A stretch of DNA of 64,000 bases, taken from contig ADNK01001946.1 in the NCBI GenBank assembly GCA_000320545.1, positions 7,419 through 71,418 on the forward strand, written 5' to 3'. This document shows positions 11,611-24,628 of this stretch, one piece after another. The translations under genes were made by a program, and so were the position numbers. The notes beneath the pieces were generated by a model. That model was given only the letters and a program-made list of their open reading frames with translations. It had not been told where the DNA came from and did no database searches. The number at the start of each line of letters is the position of its first letter. The stretch's first letter is position 1. The DNA is from Bigelowiella natans CCMP2755 (lineage: Eukaryota; Protista; Cercozoa).

Positions 11611-12395
11611 CTATCGGTTCCCCCAAGCAGGCTTTAGAAATATTTCATTGAAAATATTCGTGACAAGTAGAAGCCCTACCCTTGCCTCCGCGCCATTGAT
11701 GAGAAACCGAATACCGTGACGTGCATAAACGTGTCTCATCGCGCCCCAATAGCTGAGGGACTGGCTCATTTGCATCGCTGTCTGGCAAACATGAAAACCA
11801 TGCGACACGTATATTGCTACAACTGAGATCCTTCGAACTGAGATCCAGTGCTTGGCAGTGACGGTAGTCTTATCAGTGCTAGGAAGGACAGGATCAAGAT
11901 ACCTCTCGCTGAATCTATGCGACAGCATGAAGGGCCCACCCTGCGAGATAATGTCGCGCGCAAATGCGAAGAGAGAACCTCGGAATATGCCGCTAAGTTT
12001 TACCGCTGGTACAACTCCCAATCTACGGGCTAGCTCTATGTTGGCGTGGCCGTGGATCCCCCCCTGAAGAACACCCAATGCCGCGAAGGCCACCCAAGGG
12101 TTCATGTTGTCCTTGATAGGTGTAGCAACGTTTACCTGGACCATCCGCAGGGCTGCTTGTTGGGGGTATATTCACGTACAGAGACGTAGGTGTGAGGCTT
12201 TGACCCCGGGGTTAAGGCGCGTGATTTGATAGAGGTTCATCATTGGGGAGAACACGGAAATGCCCAGGCTATAACCTAACCTGTAAATAGGGCTTGCCGA
12301 CGTATGGAGAGCTGCGCCTCTTTATGAGGAGGACCAAACTCTTTATGAGGAGGACCAAATGTCTCCACGTGATCTTTGAGGTGGGTGTTTTGCAT
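11611..12395 (-). pseudogene. Mitochondrial carrier (SLC25)-like gene disrupted by a frameshift and a nonsense codon
   Basis: ORF 11611-12144 has carrier-like segments (GIFRGSLFAFARDIISQGGPF; SHGFHVCQTAMQ; GIRFLINGAEARVGLL). The frame extends upstream through an in-frame TGA (12172-12174) and a 5-bp duplication aacct-aacct (12273-12282) to an ATG at 12395. Confidence 0.65.
12318..12359 (+). repeat. Perfect 21-bp tandem duplication ctctttatgaggaggaccaaa x2
   Basis: Read directly at 12318-12338 and 12339-12359; in frame within the pseudogene (FGPPHKE x2). Confidence 0.95.
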
Positions 12396-12691
12396 CACGG
12401 TACAATGTTTCCGACGCCTCCCCCCTCTCTACTCTCCTCCTGTGTGCTCTGTTAGCAGGATTTTTCTCATGGGAATCCTCTTTCAACAGCTGGGGAGAAC
12501 TGACAAATACAGGCGTTTCCTTTGCTACGACATGAGTCCAGAGCGGCTTGCTGGTGCTTTTTCGGGGGAATGTGCGAGTACGAGCATCCCACTCTTTTTT
12601 GAAGTTTTTGGACGCGCTGATTTCACCTGAAAATGAGGAAAATGTCGTTGCCGCTTCGTGAAAATCCCCTCCATTTGTGAGAGGCCTTGCG

Positions 12692-13352
12692 ATGCACATG
12701 CTCCCCCCTCGCAGCTTGGCCGCTGCAGGCGGTCTCATCCTCGCCGTTGGCCTAGTTCAGCACACCCACAATCCTTCTCGTTTTTTTCTTTCATCTAGTC
12801 ATAGGCGATTAACGAGTGTGAGAAGAAGGTCTATGTCGACTGCGGCATTGGGGAAAGCCATTGGGACATCCCAGGAGCTCCCGTTGATTGTGAGAGAGTT
12901 GAGCGATGCAAGCCTTACTTTTCCAAAGGGCCGGACATCAGCCTTGGAGATTGCCTCAAAGTGGAAGAACAGGTTTGGTGGCCTCATGGGCGGCGCCGCA
13001 CTTGTGAACAAACAGCCGCAGCTATCATCACGCACGTTGTCCTCCAAGGAGAAGCAGATCGAGACCGGTGCATTGAGCGACTACCAATGGAGAAACCATT
13101 GGTACGCCGTCGGATTTGAGGAGGACATGCCACTCCCAGGATCGAAGCGCCCACTACCTTACAGCATCTTCGACGAGCCGTACGTGCTGTTTCGAGATGA
13201 AAAGGGGGCGCTCTCAGCACTTCTGGACAGGTCCTGGTTCCACACACATGTATGTGTGCTTACTGCGCTTAGAAAATCACTTTTACTTTCACGAAACCAA
13301 ACACTATGATATATCCAATCTTCTTCCCTCTCCTTCTTTCTCTCTTTCTCTC

Positions 13353-13393
<41 letters not shown>

Positions 13394-14361
13394 GTTTCAA
13401 CTTCCTTCTCAGATGCCCGCATCGGCAGGCAAAGCTGAGCGAAGGGATTGTGCGAGGCGGCCGCATTGAGTGCGCGTACCATGGCTGGAGGTTTGATAGC
13501 AAGGGAACCTGTGTAGAAATCCCCCAACTCGACGAGAACGCATCCATTCCTAAAAGAGCTTGTATGCGAGAGGTGCCGGTTGGAGTCTCTGAGGGGATTG
13601 TGTTTCTGTGGCCCGGCTCGCCTGAGCTCGCAACGAACACCCCTCTCCCAAGGTCTAAAGCAGATCTGGATAGGAACGGAAAGGACTACATCATCAACAG
13701 CTTTGTATGAACCCAGAAACCCCTCTTTCTTTTTCCTTTGGCTTTGACAATGATGCCTAATCCACATAAAAGTACTCTACCTTCTCTTCGGCGCACACTA
13801 CGCGCCTACTACATCCCTTTGCGACATGCTGAGACTCCATTGCTCCCCCCCCCCCCCCCCCCCCCACTCTGTTTGACCACTCCCACGATAAAATCCATCG
13901 GCAGGTCACCGACCTGCCGTATTCGTACGAGTATCTGCTAGAAAACCTCATCGATCCGGCGCACATCCCCGTCTCCCACGATCGGACCCCTGGAGGGGGG
14001 TTCATCGAAGATGCCCAAGCGTTGGATATGGTCGTCGATAGTATCACTGCGCAAGAGGGGGTGCGAGGACGGTACCGCGGCTCGAGGTCCAGCCCCTTCT
14101 CCTTCAGCCTCAAGTCGGCTCTCGAGAAGAGAAGGAAGCACGAAGAGGAAAAGGCGAGGAGGGCTGCCGGAGCAGCGGTTGCGGAGAACGACATGGAATA
14201 CACCCAGGTTCGCATGCAGCCGCCAGGGATTTTGCGTCAGGGCGATGAGGCGGGGGTCTTCGAAGCTGCTCTTCATTGCATGCCGACGGGCCGGGGCAAG
14301 AGTCGGCTGTTATTCCGCACCGCCTTTCGCGTGATGCCAGGGTTGTCCCGCAACTTTGTTC

Positions 14362-14401
<40 letters not shown>

Positions 14402-15322
14402 TATATATGTGTGTGTGTGTGTACATTATGCAATTTTCCAATCGTACGCCTCGCGCCAGTGATAGGCGCGAAGTCGCTTAAACCCCCGCTTTTCTGTAAT
14501 ACCTTCTACGAAACAACACCCACAACAACAGCAGATTGATCATAAAACGCAAAAGACTGGCCGCTAGCGTTGATACACACTGTCGTTCTGCTGCGCGTTT
14601 GAAACAAGCAACAACAAACAACAACAACAACAACAACACACAGGTGGAAGGGCTTCCTCTTCCGGGTGCTGATCTCAATGAAGCCGCAATGGATGAAAAA
14701 CCTCAACTCATGCAAGATACTTGAGCAGGATCTTGGCTTGATAACTAGCCAGGAGGACTTCATGCGCTCGCCGAGCTCTCCTCCCCCCCTGCCCGCCGGC
14801 GAAGCAGCCACCGACGCACAGACGCCGCCGCCGTGCGAGCGCAACTGGGAAGACACGTGCTTGAACCTTGGGACGCAGGACAAACTCGTTGTCGCGGTGA
14901 GAGAATGGCTAGATGGCGTTGGCCCCTCCCTGCCATACTATGAAGGCTGGAAGAGCAGGTCGCCTCCTGTTCTCAGCTACGATGCTGCCTCCACCCCATC
15001 CGTGCTGCCTTCTCTCCTCAGCAGCTCGCCGACCCTAGATCCGCACCACCGCGCGCAAACGAGCAGGTACTACCGGCATGTGCTCAACTCGAGGCTCTCT
15101 CGCAAGGCCCTCCATGCGGTGGAGAGGGGGCAAGTGCTGGCGAAAGCAGTAATGGCTGTCAGCTTGGCGATGGGCATGCTGTCGCGTTGGGAGCCTACCG
15201 CTATAGCCCAGGCCGTTTGCGCCGCCGGTTTTCTCTCCGCGGCGGCTGCCGCAGCGGGCCTCTCCATGATCGAGAAGAGCTTTTACAAGAACTTTGAGCG
15301 CCACCCGAAGACGACGTGGTAG
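12692..15322 (+). CDS. Rieske non-heme iron oxygenase, PAO/Tic55/PTC52 family, probably plastid-targeted (4 exons)
   Basis: WRNHWYAV; DR|CPHRQAKLSEG...IECAYHGWRF (Rieske CxH/CxxH); ENLIDPAHIPVSHD (mononuclear Fe site); two C-terminal hydrophobic helices; hydrophobic then S/R-rich N-terminus. Introns at about 13231-13412, 13705-13903 and 14342-14643. Confidence 0.92.
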
Positions 15323-16284
15323 CAGCCGCGGGAATGAAAAAGAGGGAGATGCAAAGAACTCGCCGTCGCCGGCCGAGGCGGAGACTCTCGGTGGTAAAGG
15401 CGATATCTGACCTTGCAACCTAACAGCGGCAGTTAAATAATAATATTACTGTTTTTTTAAAAATTATCTCAAAAATGCACTATTCAAGGGAAATCTATTG
15501 GTAAAGCACAGGATAGGCGGCGCTTAGTGGAGGGTGGGGATTTTGTTTTGTGTACAGAGTAACATTGCCGCGAGCCTTTAGTGGTTGGCGTTCACGGAAT
15601 ACAAGCTAAAATCATTGTATAGCTTCGTGATTATTGAATCAAAATTGATACGCCTCCAAATATTTCGGAATCTGTGTCTCACAACGCAAGATCTGACAGA
15701 TAATCAATGATCAGTAGGGCGTTATTTATTGCCCAGTTCTTAGAGGTGGGAACATGTGCGCAAATGTCACATGAATAAAGAGAAAAACTCACAATGCTGC
15801 ATTAGAATTAACTTTCGAAGACCGTATGAAGACAGGGGTATTTCTGATGCATGTTTTATACGTGTCGTACATATCCAATTACGCTGATGAAGTACAGCAC
15901 CCGGCTACTTCATTTAATCATGCCGCTCATCGCGCACGTACGTAGTCATAGCATCAAGGTGTGCAAGCCGCGTATTAGACCTCATATAGCTTGGGTATTT
16001 GTGCATATTGCATTGCAACAAGCGCAAGGTACGATGATAGCGGAAAAAACGATTAACAGCGCACACAATTACATACCATGTTAGCATAAAACCTGTATTG
16101 CGCAGCAGCAGCAATAAGAACAGAAGCAAACCATGTCTATCACAGCACACATGAATGATTCGGGATGTCACTAGATGATGGTGCGTACTATGGCCTTTTC
16201 AATGCAAGCAGCAAATACTCAAACACCATTTCCAACATTCTCCAGACGTCACATTTCATCCTTCTTCTCCGCCTGGCTTTCTCT

Positions 16285-17306
16285 CTAGTCCCTGCTGTTT
16301 TTCTCCTCTCGTCGTTTCTTCTCAGCTACAATTCGCTCCCTTTTAAAGGCGTTGGCGACGCGGTACACGTCCGGAGCCTGAAGAATATTTCGAACATGAT
16401 CATACCTCAAAACTAGCGGTATAAGAACCTGCGCAGAAACTGATGGGCCACATCAATTAAAAAAAAAAAGAATGAAAAATCTCATGTCACAGGGACAGGA
16501 TTGACAGAGTTGATGTTTTCTCGGATTCACATCCTGGCTCTAATCCGCCGCTTGGCGATTGGTGCCGGCCTGCGGGTGCATGCCGGCGGTTGGAAATCAT
16601 ACCGGGAGGAAGTACCCCACGTACTCTACTTCATCCGGAGTCGTATCGAAATGGTAGTGGCCTGTGCCCAAAAACAATGCAAGCACACCGGAGTCAAAAC
16701 CTCGGGTTCGTTAGTAAAATCTATAGGCCACGGCACAGCCGAGTACTCGAGGAAGCAATATTGCCAAAGCCCCGTCATCGCCACTGCTGGTGGACGCGCG
16801 TACGTGTGTGCGGGTGTGCGTGTGTGCGCGTGTACATGTGTGCGTGCTTCCGTTTCATCATTCTGTATGATCCTTCTTTCATGTCGCCTTCTCGTGGATA
16901 ATGCGAATTCATTCGAATCTCCTTGCACCCCCAACACTATCGCACGTGTTGATTCATTTGCCAAAATGACCGCCCACATCATCATCGTTATAAAGATTTT
17001 CGAATTCTATCTTCTCTCCCCCCTCCTCTTTCTCCCCGTCTTTTTCTTCTTTTTCTTCTTCTCCTTCAGATCTCGTTCAATGTTGTTCTCTTCCTCACAG
17101 AACCTCCTTCATTTGTTCTTTGGGAGAAGAAATGCGTGTGCTCCAGCCTCAGATCCAAGCCGTTGGGATTCGACTGCCAACAAACGACGAGAATAATCAA
17201 AATGTCCAAAGAGCGGGTTAGAGTTTTGCATTTGCAGCGATGTCGCCAGGCAAAGCACTGTTTCTGTTTACAAACACACACACACACACACACACACAGA
17301 CAGAGA

Positions 17307-17338
<32 letters not shown>

Positions 17339-18006
17339 GAAAGAGAGAGCGTCTTCCTTCGCCGAAGAAAGAGTCGTCGTCGTTGAATGCGTGTTGTGTT
17401 TTGTCGGTGCACATTAACCAACCGGGGCAATGGTGGGGTCACCCGTAAGGAACACCGAGAGACACGTCAGGTCAGGGCCTGATTTTCCAAAAACAAGTCA
17501 AAATCGTCGCCTCATGCCAAAAGCAGGTGCCATAACATGCCTTCCTGGCATTGTCTAACAGCGCTGGCAAAGGCAGCGACGATTGCCGTGCCGCTACCAC
17601 GCAAACCTCCGACGCAATGTGACGTGGCATGAGTTCCAAATCATCCAACGCGCAAGAAGTACCCATCTCGTAGAACTGAAGCCAATCCTCGACTTCTGGG
17701 CCGTCAATCTGCAGATAATCGCAATAGTTCTCAGCATACAAACGGACACGCACGCGCACGCACGCACGCACATAAACCTTTTCGCGCGCGCGTACAAAAG
17801 CAGAAACACACCCAGATGATAACCACCCAAAATACGATTTTTCCGCCATTTCAAGAGCTGATTACTGTGCTTTTAATGATGCAACGCTGCTGTCATTACC
17901 ATGACAGTGGGCTTGAAATCCGGCATAACGTGCCCGCGGACCTTCATAAACCAATACACAACGAACACACACACACACACACACACACACATAAACATAA
18001 TCTTAT

Positions 18007-18052
<46 letters not shown>

Positions 18053-18167
18053 CTTTCATCTATATCACCTTGCCGCTTTTGACTTTAAAGACCCCCCCAA
18101 TCCCGATTTGTCGAGTGCCGAACTTGTATGGTGAAACGTCAGGGAACACACACACACGCGCGCGCGC

Positions 18168-18211
<44 letters not shown>

Positions 18212-18525
18212 GAGAAATTAGAAGCAATCAAAGCCCATACTGAGCAGAGTGTAGTCTACTCATAAACACGACTTTGACGAGCTTCCACCAAAACAAATAC
18301 ACCGACTGGGGAAATACCTCCTGCGACAGGGTGGAAAATGACGCAGTGGCGGTGTCGACTAGCTAGGTTGTGTCTCAGATAGCAATAGTGATGAAAGAGA
18401 AGAGAGAAAACGGGGAATCGGCCATGAGTGTCGCACCCTCTTCTCGTTCTTCTCGTCTTCGGCTTGCAAGCCTTTTGCAAGCCCGGTGCTGGATGAAATT
18501 ACGAATGTGATACAATATATGTTTA

Positions 18526-18563
<38 letters not shown>

Positions 18564-18981
18564 CATGGTGTGTGTGTTAGAATACGAAAATAACAAGAAT
18601 AAATCGGCTTGCAAAATCATGCGCAATGCGTGCGCTTAATGCGTGCTCACTCGCACCGCATGCACGTGACGAAGTTGTCCTTGCCGATGCGCTTTTTGGC
18701 CCGCACCTCAACGACGTTTCCTACTCATTCGAACGTAGAAGGACGTGATCTATAGCATGTATATATAGCGTGGTGATGGTGGTGGGAGGAGGTCTCGGAA
18801 CTATTCTAAGGGAAAAAAAAGGTGGATTTGATTTAGTGGCAAGCACGATACGGTTATGGGTCGGAGAATAACATTGTCGTAGGTACTTTATGCGGTTCCG
18901 CACCACTTTTTTAGTAAACTCATGTGATAGTGTTTGCAAAGACGATTATCATTGTAATCATCATCATCATCATCATCATCC

Positions 18982-19020
<39 letters not shown>

Positions 19021-20883
19021 CGATTACCATCGAAAATACCTTGCTTTCCATCACATGCAATGAGGTTCGCGAGAAGTCCAAATTCGCTCGACTAAAGAAA
19101 GAAGGTGGGAGGGGGAGGAGGGGAGAGGAGAGGGGGGCCAGGGAGGAGGGGGGAACCGAAGGAAGTATCAGAATAGAATTTCAAAATTCAAAATCCAAAA
19201 TCATCCGGTTTTCCCCGAAAATGCATGCATGTACACCATCCAGCAGCTCTTCCATTCACCATAATTTTAGTGAAGGGTTGCAATTGCATGTGCAAAGTAC
19301 GTTGTATTTCTCCATGGTATGGCTGCCGTCCTCCAAGACCTGAGTGTTAGTTAAATCGTCATCAGCTTGCTGGTGATGGATTGCTTCTATGGCTCTCGAT
19401 TTCGAACGATGCCATGTGATTTGCATCTCGCGATCACAGCCTTATTTCTGACCGCGTGACGCAAAAGTCAACGAAGTCCCCGAATATTCTCAAACGGGCG
19501 GGCACACCCTCTTTTCTCAGATTCTCATTTTTTTTTCCCCCTTTCTTTTCCTTTGGAAGGAGTGCTCTCTTGACAGTTTAAGCTTCCAAGCATGCATTTG
19601 AGATTGCTTTTCTCACTCGTGTCCCAGCTCACCGAACCTTTGAGTAGCGACTGCAACGGCAATTCTCCGACACATGCTCCGTCGGCATCAGCTCGGCGTT
19701 TACCCCCACAACCTAGAATAAGAGGGGGAGGGAAATCGAAGGCAACTAACATCATTTTCAATTGTTGTCGTGAGTCAACCGGTTTCTTTGTTTGGTGTGC
19801 TGCAAAACCGCTCTAAGCTGCTACCTTTGAGGAGGCAGCACCAGCACCGTACACGTAGGCGCCTATGAGATGACGACGCCAACAGCATGATATACACAGA
19901 CACAGTTTTATCTGATAATGCATAAAATTATGCATTCACACACATATTGGTATTTCCCCGGACTTCCCCTCCCCTACCCGCCGCCGCCACCTTTGAGCCC
20001 GACGTCCTCAGCGACCTGCGGGATGGTGAAGAACGCCGTGTCGTGATGTTTCGGATCGAGCAGATTCGGCACCCCCCCAATGTCAATGATGCGGGGGTTC
20101 CCGCATATTCCGGGCGCGGCCAGGCCCCATTTCGTGAGATCCGGGCACTGGACAACCTTCGTCTATTTATGGTAGGGGGCGGGCATTGGGGCAATATCGG
20201 CGCAGTTTTTGCGGAGGTAGCGATCTTTCTGTCTACTACTATATACCAAAATAATGTTCGCCTATAAGCAAAATGCAGCCGGCCAGAGATGAGTGTTGTT
20301 AAAGAAATGGGCAAGTGTTATAAGGAAGCGGCAGTCCCTTAAGGTCAATGAGTAGTGTTTTATAACTAGCTATCTAAATAGCGGGTGATAAGGCAACCTC
20401 AACTGTCTCGAAATTTCCCCGTAATGATTCCTGAGGCAAGTTAAATCGTTCGTCATAATTGTATCACAATATGTGTGGCGTGGGGGGTGTGGTACACGCT
20501 AATATGTAGAGATAAGCGTGCCAGGATGCACATCTTCTTGCAAAGCAAAAACGGAATTATCGAGTTTCGCATCTAGAGCGCGTATTATTCTGTAGTTGTC
20601 TGTTTTCTTCTGAATGCGTGGGAGGTTGTAGAGACCTTGAGCATATCGGCCAATTGGCTCAGCTCGGGGACGTAAAGAGACGCCTTTTCAACCTGCCCGG
20701 CATGCAATGAGTAAATATCTCCGAACTGTTCCTCACCTCCCTTTCGCTCTAATCAATTTTGCATTATAAATTTACTTACTTCGTTCGTGTTTCGTGATCC
20801 GGTGCACCTGCGAACATACAGCACAGATTGAATAGGTTGCTAAGGGAGGATGAAGGCAGGATGCGAAGTGCAGCAGCGGCCAT
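16285..20883 (-). CDS. C11orf54/PTD012-like zinc ester hydrolase (DUF1907), many small exons
   Basis: Exons read VVQCPDLTKWGLAAPGICGNPRIIDIGGVPNLL, GAYVYGAGAA, FGLLANLIACDGKQG, VVEVRAKKRIGKDNFVTCMR, IGIGGVFKVKSGK, VRGHVMPDF, WLQFYEM, GLDLRLEHTHFFS...EGGHYHFDTTPDEVEYVGYFLP. Start ATG tentative. Confidence 0.88.
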
Positions 20884-20939
20884 GGCGAACATACCCCATT
20901 ATTCGATGAGATATCCTCTCTATCCGGAGTGAGAAAGGT

Positions 20940-23793
20940 AATGCAGCGGCTTTGAATCGAAATATCGTCTCAGAGATCAGTATGTCCTCCCCCTCTTGGA
21001 TCGATTTGCGGCGGATGGGCTGTGGTCCTTCTGGGGAAAGGAAACAATGTTCCGAAAAAAGAATGTTCAGTAGAAAGGGTTCCTGTTTCATAGTGCGACA
21101 AAGTAAAATTAATGTCGCAATAAAAATCAAATGCGATTGGACAGCCGGCTAGGAGAGGGAATTAACTAGTTAATTTATCTCCTAGACCATGTCGCAGGTA
21201 GAGCATCGGTGCTAGCCAGTTTGAGTAACGGTGATGTTTATCTTGCGACAGCAGTCGGATGTTGTCGCAGAGGGAATTTGTATTATGTTTTCCCTTATGC
21301 AAACTTGCGCTGGAGACTTGTCGCAGGTTATGAATGGCATGGCATGTTGTACTTATTCTCATGTACTGATTCTCAGCTTCCGACTGTGCTCTGCTCTGAG
21401 CAGATATGCTCACGGAAAGACTAAATGAGGGGGAGGGGGGGGCGAACTCAATAGCCTCCGAAATCCAACCTGGAGTGCATGAAATTGATGGAAGAGGTAC
21501 TTCGTCTAACATCTCAATTGCCTGCGCGAAAGTGACACGTTTGAACACTGTCTCGTGCACGTCCTCAGATAGCTATGCGAGCGTCAAAGAAGAAGAAAAG
21601 GAGGACGGGTGTATGAGCAAGTTGTCACTCTATCTCATAAGCCACGCTGAACAACGATTTTATGTGTCACTATAAATATTTTCGGGAAAATTCCTCCTTC
21701 TCTCTGCATCTAAGCGAAGACTCGCGCACAAGTATATTTACCAGAAAGACAAACATCCAATTTGACAGACGAATTTCTCTCCTTTCTACCACGCCTTCTC
21801 CATGCCGCATCCTATGCGATCGCCTAGATGCCCCAGATGGGTTCAGGTTATTTTGCCATGGGTGGCGAAGCTCCAGGAGTTATTGTCCCTCTTGGCGTTC
21901 ATATGGCTGTTCAGGTGTACCATAGTCTTCCAGTTTTCGAAGATGATCGATCAATTCGTAGCTGCAATACTTTGTTATTCATCCCCGCTCTGTCTTTTTA
22001 AAAAATTACAATTTCCTCCCTTATCCTTCCTTCCAAACCCCCCTCTCTTTTTAGTGTGCTATCGCTCAAAGCCGGCACAGTAGTAGGCAGCGTACTCGCA
22101 CTGTTTGGCGTCGGTACTAATTGCTTATAGCGATGGTTCGTTTAACACAGAGTCTAGTTGGGCAAACACAGAGTATAATTTGCGAAAATTTCTCATCATG
22201 TTCGCCTATTCGTATCTCAGCATACCGCTTGTATAAGGGAGATTTCCGGCCTGGTATGTTTATAACTTCATGAGAATCTTTTACGGAGCAGCACTTGTTG
22301 TAGTCATAGTGTAGCGATAGTAGTAGTAGGAGTAATAGTTTTTGTTGTTGTTGTGGTGGTGGTGGTAGTAATAGAGATAGAAGTGGTAGGCGGTAGGAAT
22401 GATTGTACGGTGAGAGGGTGTGTCAAATTGTGGTGATAAATATGAGAGGATAAGGGAATGGGCTCCTCAAAACGAGTGATAACACGAACACAAAAAAATA
22501 GCCAAAAACAGCAACTTCGCATAACCCTGTAATAAGAACTCGAAAGAGCGAAGCATGGCCATGGTGCTTGTACGGAGACAAAACCTTTCCTATTCCGTTC
22601 CATCGTCTTCTCCTCTCTTTCTTTAAATCTACTCCGGCTTTGTGCTACCGAAGGTTTTTTTGCCATTGGATTTCCAGTCTTGATGACGCTGATGGTTCCT
22701 CTCGTTTACGCGGACATAAATGGCTTCAATCAGCACTGGTAATCGCCTCTGCGCAATGGCGCCGCCCGCAGTGGCCCTTCATGGTGGATGACGCATGAGT
22801 CTAATTCTTCTCACAATCGAAAATCCAGGGCGGATGTAGATATCAACAGCGGGCTTTTCTTGATTTGCTTGTGCTCAGTCGTAGCCAAAAAACCGGTAAT
22901 ATATGCGGTATTTAGTGCTGCTGTCAAATACACCCCCCATCCAACAAGAGAGTACATTGGAGCGAAGCGCGGGAACATGTTGCGCGGTAGAAACCATGGC
23001 TGCTTTATTTAGCTAGAAGGGCGTTCGATAGTCTGTAGAAAGAATGCGAGCGGCGGCTACTGCCGTCGTTTATGTTACTTCGTAGCAAGGAATTAGGTGA
23101 TAATGCCATCGCTTTTCAGGCCTTGATGGAGTTTTTCCCTGAAGAAAAGAAAGCTCTAGTGCACCTTCCTTTCATGATGAAAACGGCATATACAGGTGTA
23201 TTGCTAAGTCGTCTAGACGCGTTAGTCGCCAAGATAGCTTGGCATGGCACCTGTTGTTCTCTGGGTCCCCTGCCGTAGTTGGAATGCTGGTTGAAGTTGA
23301 CGTGAGAGGAAGCTACAGCTTCTCATTCACATGATGCACAAACTGAAATATCTTACATTCGAAACCGAATTTGGCGTGTCGGTGTCGGTGTCGGTGTCGG
23401 TGTCGCTGTGTTGTCGCTATCCCTGTTTCCCCTCCAGTTACGGCGATTTGGATGGCGTACTTTCTGGCGATCATTGGCATAAATCTTCTCGTGATTTGGT
23501 ATGAGGTCTCTGGGACGCAATCGAGCAAAGGTAGGCGAGTACATCCCTCCGAACATACCGGAAACTAACCCTGTCGTAAGAGCGCTCGAGCTATTCGTCG
23601 AGTGTCCCTTTCGGAAGAGATCGATGTCTCGTTGTTAAAACCAACATGCTCGCGGTGTATGCTGGTGATGTAAAGATATGGCCAATGAATCCATCGCAGT
23701 GCATGCTTGATTTCTCACTCCTCTTCCTTCATTATCCTTCTTGACCTTCGACTTCGGTAAACTACGTGTTAGGGACTCGGGCCGCTTTTGCAT
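20940..23793 (-). CDS. Hypothetical multi-exon gene (structure unresolved)
   Basis: Several short open segments bounded by AG/GT on the minus strand (e.g. MHETVFKRVTFAQAIEMLDEVPLP; YELIDHLRKLEDYG); no recognisable domain. Confidence 0.3.
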
Positions 23794-24009
23794 TGATACC
23801 AACGGTCTCGCTAATAGCGCTAGCTTTCTGTATTTCGCCGAGACTCTTGGTATTTTTCGAAGAGTTTTACAGACTGAGGGATGAAAACGGGGGGGGGCGA
23901 GCGCGGTCACTTAGCTCTATGTTAGTGGACTGAAAAGCAGATACCATGACTGCATTGTGTAGTCTTATTGCGTTGGCTGTCAATGTATTGTGGTTATTTA
24001 TCGTTGCTT

Positions 24010-24592
24010 TGAAATGTGAGACGGATGTAATGAAGGGATTAAATTATGTTAGAATTAATATGTACCTGTTGATAATGCTCTATGCATGGCCGAGTGCATG
24101 CATGCGCACTTCCATGCTATAACAGCAGACGATGATAGCGCTCGTCGCCGTACATGTGTAGCTGTGATCTATAGTGAGATAATCTGCTGGTTGCGTGCGC
24201 TATTTCGTCATTAATTCTGGTAATAACAGCTCATGCCATGTATTGCATTCACGGCTCATAGGCGCGACAGTAGTAGACTCCGCAAGTATATTTAATATAT
24301 ATACAGCGTATGTACATGCATCACATTGCATGTCTATTATCTCCTTGTATTTGAACGTACAACGTCGTCCTTCATTTCAGCTGCGCATCTACCTACCTAC
24401 ACGCAGCATGCTAGCTAGCATGTGTGATAACCTGACATAATCTATATGCATGGTATGTACATGGCAGCACCATATATGCTTTATGATGTGGCTCGCAGAG
24501 TAGTCTACGGCCGATCGAATTTATATAATATTACGTTCGCCTACGTACATATTTCACTCAGATTCTCAGAATATATAATACAACCATACAAT

Positions 24593-24628
<36 letters not shown>

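Noticed and set aside
12172-12174. In-frame TGA as selenocysteine or readthrough
   Set aside because: An independent frameshift lies 100 bp away and carriers are not known selenoproteins; a nonsense mutation is simpler.
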